Below, one piece after another: positions 29,068 through 38,827 of a DNA stretch of 64,000 bases. This stretch comes from a bacterium (GTDB lineage Bacteria > Patescibacteriota > Minisyncoccia > Phycocordibacterales > Zambryskibacteraceae). The notes beneath the pieces were generated by a model. It searched no databases and was not told the origin of the DNA. It saw nothing but the letters and a program-made list of their open reading frames with translations. Position 1 is the first letter of the stretch. Each line of letters opens with the position of its first letter. The position numbers and the translations under genes were made by a program. The stretch covers positions 1 to 64,000 of the forward strand of contig JAUSGI010000005.1 of the NCBI GenBank assembly GCA_030649135.1. Reading direction: 5' to 3'.

Positions 29068-29765
29068 TGAAAAAGTACCACCTTCTCTTAGTTACTCTTG
29101 TACTCATCACGCCCGTTTTCTATTCACAGGCGCAAACGGTGGATATCCTCTGGCAGGGACAAACTTACACCTCGCCTTTCTACAAAGGTAAATCACTATG
29201 GTCTAGCCAGTCCAGAATTACCTTCTTGGCCATACCGCACGGTACCGGTACTGGTAACCCAGCAAGCCTTATCTATAAGTGGTCTAAGAATGGCACGGTG
29301 CTCGGTAATATCAATGGTGTGGGCAAAAACACCATGGTTTACACTGACTTAATCCTTTCCAAACCCCAAACTGTCAAGATAGACGTCCTCTCTCCTGACG
29401 AGGGCCTCCTGGCCAGTGCGTCAGTTGCTGTCACCCCGATATCTCCAATTCTCGCTATTTATGAAAACAACCCGCTGTATGGATTTATGTTCCACAAAGA
29501 AACCAGCGGGACACATGAACTTCAAAATAAGGAAGCTACTTTCACGGCATTTCCTCTTTTCTTCAGCGTTTCCAATCGTATGGATAGCGGCCTGAAATAT
29601 GAGTGGCGTACCAATGACGGGGGAGTAGAAACCAGTAACTCAGTGACATACCGAGTGCCGGATGATACCCCGGGCACATCCGCGGTCGCGGTGGAGGTCT
29701 CTAACATAAACAAGATTATGCAGAGCTCCAATAAGAGTTTCTTGATACAATTTGGAAAGCAATAA
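29068..29765 (+). CDS. hypothetical secreted protein
   Basis: About 232 aa from MKKYHLLLVTLVLITPVFYSQAQ (signal peptide); the ORF track begins earlier, at 28968. Confidence 0.5.
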
Positions 29766-29766
29766 G

Positions 29767-30183
29767 ATGAAGAGCTTTGCTACTTACTGTCTGATACTTG
29801 TCGCCCTTGTCTTGATTCCTGTTTCTGTTCCTGTGCTTACCAAAGCGGAAACCGAATACACGCTTCTTCAACCTCTCCCCCTTTACGGTCTGGATACAGT
29901 AGATCAGGAGAAAACGACCGCTGAACAATACATTGAAGGCATTGTTACCTTAACTATTGCCATAGCCGGGGGGCTTGCGGTGATTATGATTATTTACGGT
30001 GGCATCAAATATATGTCGAGTGATGCAATCGGAGGGAAAGGTGAGGCCAAGGATATTATCCAAAACGCCATATGGGGGCTCCTTCTAACCATCAGCGCAT
30101 GGCTCATTCTTTATACTATTAATCCAGATTTGATAGAATTTAATTTAGACCTCCCCACTCCGGATAAAATCAATAACCCTTAA
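29767..30183 (+). CDS. VirB2/TrbC-like pilin candidate
   Basis: About 138 aa; signal peptide followed by two hydrophobic helices separated by a short loop (TLTIAIAGGLAVIMIIYGGIKYM...IWGLLLTISAWLILY), as in T4SS pilins. Confidence 0.5.
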   Translation: MKSFATYCLILVALVLIPVSVPVLTKAETEYTLLQPLPLYGLDTVDQEKTTAEQYIEGIVTLTIAIAGGLAVIMIIYGGIKYMSSDAIGGKGEAKDIIQNAIWGLLLTISAWLILYTINPDLIEFNLDLPTPDKINNP

Positions 30184-31406
30184 TGAAAAAAATTTTAATC
30201 ATCTTAGTAGCAATTATCGCAATCACTCTAGCCGTTTTCTTTGGGTGGTATTTGTTCTTCCAAAATTCCGATATGCCCGTAGGAGAGGTGGTTAGAAATG
30301 TTTTGCCATTCGGTTCCGGTGGAGATACTTCCTTACCAGTGAACCTGCCGGGTGGAAACGAGCAATTGCCTAATGGACAACAACTGCCGGCAGACGAGTT
30401 TGCCAGACCAAATGCCAAACTCTTCCGCATTGCCGATACCCCCATAGCCGGTGCGGTAGTATTTAAAAGAGGAAACCAAACGGTCGTACGCTACGTTGAC
30501 CGCGCCACAGGACATATCTATGATGCCGATTTGGCAACGCTCGAGAAGGTAAAGGTGTCCAACAACACCCTGCCCAAAATTTACGAGGCCTATTTCAGAA
30601 CAGACGGCAACGCAGTACTTCTCCGGTCTCTCAAGGACAACTCCGATGTGGTAGAAAATTTATCTCTCACCCTTACTCCTCCCCAATCATCGAGCACCCT
30701 ATACGCCATCTCATCTACAGCCCTACGCGGTAACATTGGAGCTGTCGCTGTGGGTTCCGGCAACACCCTCGTATACACTCTGCGAGACACCGCTACCGTG
30801 GTTGCTTCGGCCTTCAATGGCACCGGGGCCAGAATCCTACTTACCTCACCCTTCACAGACTGGCGACTGGCATCGGCCGGAAACAGTTTAGTGCTATACA
30901 CGAAAGCAAGTGTTAATGCGCCAGGTTATGCCTACGCCCTAAACACGTCCGGCGGGGCATTAAAAAAAGTTATTGGACCGCTCAACGGATTGGTAGCTCT
31001 GCCCGATAGTTCCGGCAATCGAGTACTGTATTCATATGTCGAGAATAACAAGACAAAATTGGTGACTAAGAATCTTACCAATAATATCGTTTCCGAAATA
31101 TCCCCCGTCACATTGGCTGAAAAATGTCTTTGGAGTATAAGAAACGCAGGCATCCTTTTCTGTGCCGCGCCCACTGACAACTTGGGACCTGACGAACCTG
31201 ATAGTTGGTACAGGGGAGTAACGCACTTCTCCGACCGTATTTGGCTCTTTGACACCAAAAGCGGAGTGTCCCAAGTCTTGGTAGAACCAAAGCAGAGCCT
31301 CGATACGGAGCTTGACGCGGTAGACCTAAAACTTTCCCCCAGCGAAGACTATCTCGTTTTCACAAATAGAACCGACCTCTCACTTTGGGCACTTAGACTT
31401 GAGTAG
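30183..31406 (+). CDS. hypothetical membrane-anchored protein, beta-rich (last gene of the cluster)
   Basis: 407 aa; N-terminal TM helix; Ser/Thr/Gly-rich beta-propeller-like body. Confidence 0.5.
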   Translation: MKKILIILVAIIAITLAVFFGWYLFFQNSDMPVGEVVRNVLPFGSGGDTSLPVNLPGGNEQLPNGQQLPADEFARPNAKLFRIADTPIAGAVVFKRGNQTVVRYVDRATGHIYDADLATLEKVKVSNNTLPKIYEAYFRTDGNAVLLRSLKDNSDVVENLSLTLTPPQSSSTLYAISSTALRGNIGAVAVGSGNTLVYTLRDTATVVASAFNGTGARILLTSPFTDWRLASAGNSLVLYTKASVNAPGYAYALNTSGGALKKVIGPLNGLVALPDSSGNRVLYSYVENNKTKLVTKNLTNNIVSEISPVTLAEKCLWSIRNAGILFCAAPTDNLGPDEPDSWYRGVTHFSDRIWLFDTKSGVSQVLVEPKQSLDTELDAVDLKLSPSEDYLVFTNRTDLSLWALRLE

Positions 31407-32109
31407 CCCTGATGTTTTTCTTGATAAAAAGTTCCTGCCCAATACTGAACAGGTTGGTGGTAAGCCAGTAGAGAGCAATAACTCCGGAAATTTTGTAGGA
31501 AATAAAAAAAACTATCACCGGAAAGAAATATTTCATTTGAGTCTGCATGCTACGGGTAAGATTGTTGCCAAATGAATCTCCTTTTGGCTGAACCTGTCCC
31601 TGCATAGAAAGTTTGAACTGGAAAAAGGTAGAGACGGCGGCCAAAAAAGCGATCACGGCACTTTTGGCCGTGATGTCCAAAAAGCCAAGAAAGGTGGTGC
31701 TAATATGGCTCGGCTCGGTCACGAATGAATATAAAAGGGCGGAGTTAACTTCCGGAAAGTGCAGGAAAATTTGATACAAAGCGAAGATAACGGGAATTTG
31801 GATAATAATGACCAATATGCCCGAGAATGGGTTAACCCCTTTTTCTCTGTATAGAGCGAGGGTGAGTTTCGCTTGCTCCTCGGCCTTATCTTTATATTGC
31901 TCTTTAATCTTGGCTAAAGCGGGAGCTATTTCTGTCATCTTTGCTTGCGCAAGTACTGCCTTTCTGGAAAGAGGGAAGGTTGCCAAGCGAACTAGAATAG
32001 TGAGGATAATAACCATCACCCCGGCATCGGCCCAGGGCAACACCTTAAACAAAAACATTAAAATATTGTAGAGCGGGTCGAAAAAAAACGTGTGATAGAG
32101 AAAAGACAT
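31393..32109 (-). CDS. yidC: membrane protein insertase YidC (short form)
   Basis: 238 aa; conserved TM2 region (ILTILVRLATFPL) and C-terminal TMs of the YidC/Oxa1 family. Confidence 0.88.
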   Translation of the reverse strand: MSFLYHTFFFDPLYNILMFLFKVLPWADAGVMVIILTILVRLATFPLSRKAVLAQAKMTEIAPALAKIKEQYKDKAEEQAKLTLALYREKGVNPFSGILVIIIQIPVIFALYQIFLHFPEVNSALLYSFVTEPSHISTTFLGFLDITAKSAVIAFLAAVSTFFQFKLSMQGQVQPKGDSFGNNLTRSMQTQMKYFFPVIVFFISYKISGVIALYWLTTNLFSIGQELFIKKNIRATQV

Positions 32110-32118
32110 CGGTTAATT

Positions 32119-32364
32119 TTATCCTTTTTTAAAGAGCTCGGCTAGTTCAGCTTCAAGAGCACGGCCTTTTATTTTTTCAGCCCCAGGTTTGGCAACAATA
32201 AAATATGTAGCGGGTTTTAGATTAGAAATAAATGTGCGTGCAATCGGGCGGACGCGCCGGCGAATTCTATTTCTTATAACGGCCTTTTTGGAAACCTTTT
32301 TAGAAACAGAGATTACTACTTTCACCGCATGGAAAGATTTAATCATTAAATAAAAGTGGTTCAT
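32119..32364 (-). CDS. rnpA: ribonuclease P protein component
   Basis: 81 aa; basic RNR-type motif (VIRNRIRRRVR); translationally coupled (TAATG) to rpmH upstream. Confidence 0.75.
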   Translation of the reverse strand: MNHFYLMIKSFHAVKVVISVSKKVSKKAVIRNRIRRRVRPIARTFISNLKPATYFIVAKPGAEKIKGRALEAELAELFKKG

Positions 32365-32498
32365 TAGACGGCTAAACGCTTGCGACCCTTGCGGCGTCTA
32401 TTCCTGATAGTTCTCCTGCCGGTAGACGTTTTTTGCCTCGAGAGAAACCCGTGAGTTCTGGCTCGCTTGCGCCTTTTTGGTTTGTATGTTGTGGACAT
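32364..32498 (-). CDS. rpmH: 50S ribosomal protein L34
   Basis: Manually translated 44 aa: MSTTYKPKRRKRARTHGFLSRQKTSTGRRTIRNRRRKGRKRLAV. Not in the ORF track (under 60 aa). Confidence 0.85.
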   Translation of the reverse strand: MSTTYKPKRRKRARTHGFLSRQKTSTGRRTIRNRRRKGRKRLAV

Positions 32499-32513
32499 CT
32501 TTTTCTTAACAGG

Positions 32514-32533
32514 TTATAAACACATTATAAACA
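32514..32533 (+). promoter_or_regulatory. tandem DnaA-box-like 9-mers (TTATAAACA x2) in the rpmH/dnaA intergenic region
   Basis: Two direct copies of TTATAAACA (2 mismatches from TTATCCACA) between divergent rpmH and dnaA. Confidence 0.4.
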
Positions 32534-32601
32534 TTTTTCGAGTCTTTAACAAGTTTTTATCATACTCCAAAAAGATATACTATGTGAACCTTACAAACTC
32601 T

Positions 32602-33948
32602 ATGGACTATAAACAACTTTGGCAAAGCGTTTTGGTGGAAATCGAGTTAACTGTCTCCAGCGCCAACTTTGCCACTTGGTTTAAGGATACTCGTATTGTT
32701 AAAGAAGATAGCGGGGTAGTGGTGCTCTCCGTGCCAAACGCCTTTGTGAAAGAGTGGCTCCTGACCAAATACCACAGTACCATCCTTAGAAGTCTAAGGA
32801 ATCTTGAAACTTCTGTCCACGCTGTCGAGTATGTGGTAAACAAAGAGGAAACCCGCAAAAGAGAGGAGAGACCGAGCGAGGCAACTCTTTATACCAAAGA
32901 GCTTCCCCTACCGGAAACCCAGGTGAATAGGGACGACAACTTAAACCCGCGCTACACATTCGAGACCTTTGTCGTAGGCCCGTTCAACGAGCTGGCCCAC
33001 GCTGCCGCCCAGGCTGTTATAAAAAAGCCCGGCATTATGTATAACCCACTTTTCATACACGGGGCCACCGGCCACGGCAAAACCCACCTGATTCAAGCAA
33101 TCGGCAACCATATTAAAACAACCAGTCCGGGCAAGAAAGTTTATTACATGACTTCTGAGCAATTCGGACAAGACTGTATGAACGCTCTCCAACACCAAAA
33201 AATGACCATTTTTAAGGAAAAATACCGCAAATATGACGTCCTCATTGTTGACGATATTCAATTTTTCTCGGATAAACAGAAGTTTCAAGAAGAATTGTTC
33301 CATCTGTTTAACACTCTTTACGACAACAACAGACAAATCATCTTTTCTTCCGACAAACACCCCTATTTTATTACCGGACTGGAAGAGCGATTGAAGTCAC
33401 GGCTTTCTGCCGGTATGACCGTTGACATTCCGGCGCCCGATAAAGAATCGAGGATAGCTATTATCTCCGCCAAAGCACTCCAGCAGAACATCCCTCTGAC
33501 ACCGGAAATCATAGACTACCTCGCCCACACTATAAACGGCAATATCAGGGACCTAGAGGGGGCCGTTAATACTCTGCTATGCCATGCCCAACTCAAAAGT
33601 AGAGAAATATCAATGATTGACGTCAGAAATTACATCAAGAACAATGTTAAGCCCAAGAAAACCATCGCCGTCAAGGACGTGGTCAGGATTGTTTCCGACT
33701 TTTACAATATTAAAGAAGACAGTATTTACGAGAAAACCAGACATAAGGAGGTTATTAGGCCTCGGCAAATTGTTATGTATATCTTGCGTGAGGATTTCAA
33801 CATTTCTTATCCGTCAATAGGCCAAAAACTGGGAGGCAGGGACCACACCACGGTTATCTATTCATGTGAAAAAATAAAGACCGACATCAAAGTGGACCAA
33901 TCCTTACTGGAAGAGGTCGGCCAGATTAGAAATTTATTAACCGTGTAA
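32602..33948 (+). CDS. dnaA: chromosomal replication initiator protein DnaA
   Basis: 448 aa from MDYKQLWQSVL; AAA+ Walker A GATGHGKTHL; C-terminal DNA-binding domain. The ORF-track start at 32467 overlaps rpmH and is rejected. Confidence 0.93.
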   Translation: MDYKQLWQSVLVEIELTVSSANFATWFKDTRIVKEDSGVVVLSVPNAFVKEWLLTKYHSTILRSLRNLETSVHAVEYVVNKEETRKREERPSEATLYTKELPLPETQVNRDDNLNPRYTFETFVVGPFNELAHAAAQAVIKKPGIMYNPLFIHGATGHGKTHLIQAIGNHIKTTSPGKKVYYMTSEQFGQDCMNALQHQKMTIFKEKYRKYDVLIVDDIQFFSDKQKFQEELFHLFNTLYDNNRQIIFSSDKHPYFITGLEERLKSRLSAGMTVDIPAPDKESRIAIISAKALQQNIPLTPEIIDYLAHTINGNIRDLEGAVNTLLCHAQLKSREISMIDVRNYIKNNVKPKKTIAVKDVVRIVSDFYNIKEDSIYEKTRHKEVIRPRQIVMYILREDFNISYPSIGQKLGGRDHTTVIYSCEKIKTDIKVDQSLLEEVGQIRNLLTV

Positions 33949-34152
33949 TACTATGTGGAGAAAGAATGTAAATAATGTTAATAAGGTGTGGGGAGAAGAG
34001 CATCCGAAGACCACCACCACTCTTCTTTTCCAACATCTTAGAACTTATCCCCAAATCAATCGGATAATAAAAAACAAAATACAGCCCACCAACAGGCTAA
34101 AAAATATTATGCACATATTCACACCCCTAATAGTATTAATAAATTTTTATAT
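33949..34152 (+). promoter_or_regulatory. candidate oriC/DUE region between dnaA and dnaN
   Basis: TTATCCCCA (34045-34053, 1 mismatch from the DnaA box), TGTGGAGAA-like reverse box, then a long AT-rich tract (aataaaaaacaaaataca...aataaatttttatat). Confidence 0.45.
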
Positions 34153-35256
34153 ATGAAAATAGAATGTATTAAAGACCGACTGGAAGAAGTGTTGAGTAAG
34201 GCGGATAAGATAGCTGGTAAAAATATAACACTCCCTGTATTGGTGGGACTTTATTTGGATGCTCGCCAAAATTCATTGTCGGTAAAGGCTACTAATTTGG
34301 ATCTGGGTATTTCCGTCAGTTTGCCGGTCAAGGTGATTGAGCCTGGGATAGTGGTTATACCGGCACACGTTATTTCCTCTTTCGTCTCGTCATTATCTAA
34401 AGATAGGAATATTACCATCAGTACTAAAAATCAAGTGTTGGAGGTAAAAACCTCCGCCACTAAAACCAGTATCAATACCCTTCCTAGTGAGGATTTCCCG
34501 GTTATACCGGAGATAGATGAGGATAAGGCTTTCTCGATGCCCGCTAGAGATCTTATTTTTGGCATCAGGTCGGTTATTTACGCCGCGGCGGTGGGGAGCA
34601 TCAAACCGGAATTATCATCCATCTCCATAAAACACGAAGGTGAATTTCTGGTTTTTGCCGCTACAGATTCGTTTAGGCTGGCGGAGAAGAAAATAAGAAT
34701 AAAAAAGGCCCCTCACTTTAAACAAATCCTCGTTCCCCAAAAAAATGCTACGGAAATAATAAAGATTTTTGACCGAGGTGATGAGGAAATATCGATTTCC
34801 GTGGAGGAACACCAAATGGCTTTGCGCTCGCAGAATATTTATCTAACGTCACGCATTGTTGAAGGGAGCTTTCCGGACTACCGGCAGATCATTCCCAAAG
34901 AAACTACTTCCAAAGCGGTTTTACTCAAACAGGACCTAACTAACTCGCTCAAAACAAGCCTCATTTTTTCCGATGCCTTCAATCAGCTAACCCTGAAACT
35001 TTCTCCCAAAGCCAAAAGTTTTGAAATCGAGTCAAAAAACAGCACTGTGGGTGAGAACGTCTATACTGTGGAGTCTGTCTTGGAAGGAGACGATATTACC
35101 ATCAATGTGAATCATCGCTACTTCACGGACTGCTTCCAATCCATTACTACCGATAGCGTTTCTCTCAATTTCAGCGGTCAGGCCAAACCAATTATCATTC
35201 AAGGAGTGGGGGACACCAGTTTTCTCTACCTTGTGATGCCTATGAATCAATCTTGA
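34153..35256 (+). CDS. dnaN: DNA polymerase III beta sliding clamp
   Basis: 367 aa; three-domain clamp pattern; positioned immediately after dnaA. Confidence 0.9.
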   Translation: MKIECIKDRLEEVLSKADKIAGKNITLPVLVGLYLDARQNSLSVKATNLDLGISVSLPVKVIEPGIVVIPAHVISSFVSSLSKDRNITISTKNQVLEVKTSATKTSINTLPSEDFPVIPEIDEDKAFSMPARDLIFGIRSVIYAAAVGSIKPELSSISIKHEGEFLVFAATDSFRLAEKKIRIKKAPHFKQILVPQKNATEIIKIFDRGDEEISISVEEHQMALRSQNIYLTSRIVEGSFPDYRQIIPKETTSKAVLLKQDLTNSLKTSLIFSDAFNQLTLKLSPKAKSFEIESKNSTVGENVYTVESVLEGDDITINVNHRYFTDCFQSITTDSVSLNFSGQAKPIIIQGVGDTSFLYLVMPMNQS

Positions 35257-35276
35257 TCGACTCGAATACCAAAATT

Positions 35277-37340
35277 TTATTGAGAACTTGCCCACAATTC
35301 TACACCGTACTCCCAGTTTACAAACTGCGAATCGCCCGATGGGTTAATGGGTATAGGTCCGCGTGGGTTGTCCTTATCCACCCAATAAAGAATGGAGTGG
35401 ATGCCGCCGGTAAACGGGTCACCACGCAAGATAGGCTTCAAATCCATGGGGTTTTCCGGTTCCGGTGGTGTAAAAGTTTCAACTGGAAATTGAGGTAAGA
35501 TTTTTACCATATACTCATGCCAAAGAGGTGCGACCACCAGACCAGAAACCTTTTTTTCCATTGGTCTATTGTCGTTGTTACCCACCCACGCGCCCACGGT
35601 AAGGTTGGGGGTATAGCCGATAATCCAGGCGTCGCGGTAGTCGTTTGATGTACCCGTTTTGACCGCGACAGGACGAGTCGGTATATATAGAGCGGAGTTG
35701 GCGCCGAAGCCGGGTGTCCGTGCCGCGTTGTCGGAGAGAATGTCTGTGATAAGGCGTGAGGTTTTTTCCGACAGTACTCGGTGGGGAGATAAAGAATTTC
35801 TATCCACGATATTACCCTGGGCATCTTCCACCCGCAGTACGGCATTGTAAGGATTACGGATACCATCGTTGGCAAAGACGGAATAGGCCGAGGTCATATC
35901 CAAAAGAGAGACCTCTCCGCCTCCTAGCACGAGCGACAAGCCGTACCGGCTAAGGTCGTTGAGGGTTTCTATGCCCATACTCTTGGCGGTCGCCACAGCG
36001 TCTCTGACCCCGGCCAAATAGAGTCCTTGCACAGCCGGGATGTTTACTGACTGGGCGAGGGCATTTCTTACGGTTATGGGACCGCGGAATTGGCCGTCAT
36101 AGTTGGTCGGGGAATAACAGATGTCATCCGTAACAAAGTTGTCCGGCGCACAGCCGGCAGCGAATTGAATGGGGGTGTCATAGAGAATGGTCTCAGCGGT
36201 GTAGCCCTTGTTAAACATGGTAGCGTAACTAAATGGCTTGAAAGTGGAACCGGGCTGGCGGAATCCCATGGTCACGTTGAAGTTGCCGTCAATTTCTTTG
36301 TCAAAGTAGTCACGGGAACCCACCATCATCAAGATGTCACCGTTTTTTGGGTCGATGGCTACCATACCGTTATTTTCACCGTTGAAATTCTCTTTGTTTA
36401 TAGCGCCGTATTTTCTGGCTATCGCCTCGGCTTCCTGTTGTAGCGAGTAATCAAGCGTGGTAACTACTTTAAAGCCACTACTGGTCACGGTATCCTCGCC
36501 GTATTTTTTGGCTAAGTAGTCAATGACAAAAAAAACGAAGTGCGGCGCCTTAATGCCGCCGGTATTTTGTCTGGGTTTAAATTCCACTTTTTCCTTTACC
36601 GCGCTTTCGTATTCCTTTTCCGAGATAAAATTATTGGCAAGCATTTCGCGCAGGACCAAGTTTTTTCTGGCCTCCAGTTCGGGTCGATTGGGGCCGTAGG
36701 GAGAATAGTAAGTAGGAGCTTTGGGCATTGAAGCAAGATATGCCGACTCGGCTAAAGTGAGGTTGGAGGCGGGTTTGCCGAAGAAGTTTATTGCCGCTTC
36801 TCCTACGCCGTAAATAGTGCCTCCGTAAGGAATTTCGTTTAAGTATAGGGAAAGAATCTCGTCTTTGGTCAAAACTTTTTCAAGCTTGATTGCCAAAATT
36901 AACTCCTTCAACTTTCTGGTGGGAGTCTTGTCTTTGGTAAGAATGGAATTTTTTACCACTTGTTGGGTGATGGTGGAACCGCCCTGGCTGAAAGAGAGGG
37001 TGCTTAAGTTTACGAATACTGCCCTTAGAAAAGAAGTCCACTGGAATCCGTTGTGCGAATAAAAATTTTTGTCCTCTATGGCCAGAGTCGCATCTCTTAC
37101 ATAAGGAGCAATATCTTCGAAAGAGAGAAGCGCGCGCCGCGTGTCTTGGGACATGTCGTAAAGTAAGATTTCTCCGGTGCGGTCGTAAATCTTGGTGGAC
37201 TGGTCGATTCTTCGCTCAGCGATGTCTTCCAGGGCCGGAATACGAAGCGATGCCAACCACAAGATTAATACACCTAAGGTAAACAGCGTCACGGCTGTAA
37301 CAGCCAAAAAGTAATTGGAATGGCGGAGTTTCCTAGACAT
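35277..37340 (-). CDS. class A penicillin-binding protein (transglycosylase/transpeptidase, PBP1A family)
   Basis: 687 aa; N-terminal TM; GT51 motifs (EDKNFYSHNGF, GGSTITQQVVKN); transpeptidase STFKP and KTGT motifs. Confidence 0.9.
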   Translation of the reverse strand: MSRKLRHSNYFLAVTAVTLFTLGVLILWLASLRIPALEDIAERRIDQSTKIYDRTGEILLYDMSQDTRRALLSFEDIAPYVRDATLAIEDKNFYSHNGFQWTSFLRAVFVNLSTLSFSQGGSTITQQVVKNSILTKDKTPTRKLKELILAIKLEKVLTKDEILSLYLNEIPYGGTIYGVGEAAINFFGKPASNLTLAESAYLASMPKAPTYYSPYGPNRPELEARKNLVLREMLANNFISEKEYESAVKEKVEFKPRQNTGGIKAPHFVFFVIDYLAKKYGEDTVTSSGFKVVTTLDYSLQQEAEAIARKYGAINKENFNGENNGMVAIDPKNGDILMMVGSRDYFDKEIDGNFNVTMGFRQPGSTFKPFSYATMFNKGYTAETILYDTPIQFAAGCAPDNFVTDDICYSPTNYDGQFRGPITVRNALAQSVNIPAVQGLYLAGVRDAVATAKSMGIETLNDLSRYGLSLVLGGGEVSLLDMTSAYSVFANDGIRNPYNAVLRVEDAQGNIVDRNSLSPHRVLSEKTSRLITDILSDNAARTPGFGANSALYIPTRPVAVKTGTSNDYRDAWIIGYTPNLTVGAWVGNNDNRPMEKKVSGLVVAPLWHEYMVKILPQFPVETFTPPEPENPMDLKPILRGDPFTGGIHSILYWVDKDNPRGPIPINPSGDSQFVNWEYGVELWASSQ

Positions 37341-37384
37341 TTCTATTCAGAATAGCTTATTTTAACATATGTTAAGATACTTCC

Positions 37385-38509
37385 ATGGATAAAGAAATAG
37401 AAGAATTGCTTACTCGTGGGGTTGAGAAAGTTATACCTCGCGATCTGGCGGAGAAAAAACTTCTCTCGGGGGATAAATTGAGAATCTATTTCGGCGTTGA
37501 TCCTACTGGTGCCAAGTTGCATCTTGGTCACTCCGTGCCATTACGAAAGCTCAACGCTTTTGCAGATGCTGGGCACGGGATTATTTTTCTGGTCGGTAGC
37601 TTTACTGCCATGATAGGTGATCCTTCCGGTCGTGATGTAATGCGCATTCCGCTCAGTCGCCAAGAGGTAGAAAACAATTTTCGAACATACAAGGAGCAGG
37701 CGGGGAAAATACTCGACTTATCCAAAATAGAGGTACGGTACAACCACGAATGGTTGGATTCCCTTCAGTTTACTAAAGTGGTGGAATTGGCAAGTAATTT
37801 TACGGTACAGCAAATGCTTCAGCGTGATATGTTCGATAAGCGCATGAAAGAAGGCAATCCAATTTCGCTTCACGAGTTCCTGTACCCGCTCATGGTAGGA
37901 TACGATTCTGTTGTCCTGGATGTTGACTGCGAACTCGGAGGTTCCGATCAGGAATTTAATATGCTTGCAGGGCGTACCCTTCAGTCGGTGTACAAGAAGC
38001 GCGAAAAGTTCGTGCTCACCACTCGGCTTATAGAAGGCGCTGACGGCCGTAAAATGAGCAAAACTTATGATAACTGTATTTATCTTGAAGATTTGCCAAG
38101 TGATATGTATGGCAAGCTTATGTCGGTCAACGACAGTTTGGTTAAAAGCTATTTCGAGTGTTTAACCGACGTTTCTATGGGTGAAGTTGAATCAATCCTT
38201 TCCGGCCATCCCAAGGAAGCCAAAATGCGTCTAGCGTTTGAAATTACAAAAATCTATCACGGCGAAGCGGAAGCGAAAGATGCTCAAAAAAATTTCGAAC
38301 AAACTTTCTCGAAAGGTGGTGTGCCAAAAGATATTCCCTTAGCAAAAGTCAAAGCCGACACGCCTCTTGTCGAAACTTTTCTCGCGCATGGTATCGTGTC
38401 CTCTAAATCGGAATTCAGCAGATTGGAGAAAGCCGGAGCGATAGAGAAAATGGAAAACGGCGTTTACCGCATTGGCAAACACCGTTTTCTCCGTATCGAG
38501 TTTCTCTAA
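37385..38509 (+). CDS. tyrS: tyrosine--tRNA ligase
   Basis: 374 aa; HIGH-type LHLGH, KMSKT, and C-terminal S4-like domain. Confidence 0.9.
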   Translation: MDKEIEELLTRGVEKVIPRDLAEKKLLSGDKLRIYFGVDPTGAKLHLGHSVPLRKLNAFADAGHGIIFLVGSFTAMIGDPSGRDVMRIPLSRQEVENNFRTYKEQAGKILDLSKIEVRYNHEWLDSLQFTKVVELASNFTVQQMLQRDMFDKRMKEGNPISLHEFLYPLMVGYDSVVLDVDCELGGSDQEFNMLAGRTLQSVYKKREKFVLTTRLIEGADGRKMSKTYDNCIYLEDLPSDMYGKLMSVNDSLVKSYFECLTDVSMGEVESILSGHPKEAKMRLAFEITKIYHGEAEAKDAQKNFEQTFSKGGVPKDIPLAKVKADTPLVETFLAHGIVSSKSEFSRLEKAGAIEKMENGVYRIGKHRFLRIEFL

Positions 38510-38512
38510 AGC

Positions 38513-38680
38513 GGGTTAACGTCGTCGAAGGGTTCTTCTACATCCGGCTCCTCCTCTTCCACTAGGTCATCAATACTTTCCACGTCATCATCAAGCAAGC
38601 CTTTCTTTTTTGTATCCGCCTCTTCTTCAGCGGGTAAATCACCCTCCACAAGTTCGTCGTCTTTTAGCATGTCGTCCATG
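38513..38680 (-). CDS. possible highly acidic 55-aa ORF
   Basis: MDDMLKDDELVEGDLPAEEEADTKKKGLLDDDVESIDDLVEEEEPDVEEPFDDVNPL; manually translated; convergent with tyrS; weak. Confidence 0.2.
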
Positions 38681-38827
38681 GTTCGAATAATCTAATTATT
38701 TTTTAATAAAACGCCTTGATTGGAAACAGACGTTTTTGAATGCACTTATTTGTATCAGATACCCTTTTTTGTTGCAAGGTGAGTAATCCACTCATGACCC
38801 TTAGCGACATAATTAATAACTATTCCC

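Noticed and set aside
32467-32601. Upstream extension of dnaA (the ORF-track start at 32467)
   Set aside because: It would overlap rpmH on the opposite strand and the DnaA-box-like region. The conserved DnaA N-terminus begins at MDYKQLW (32602).
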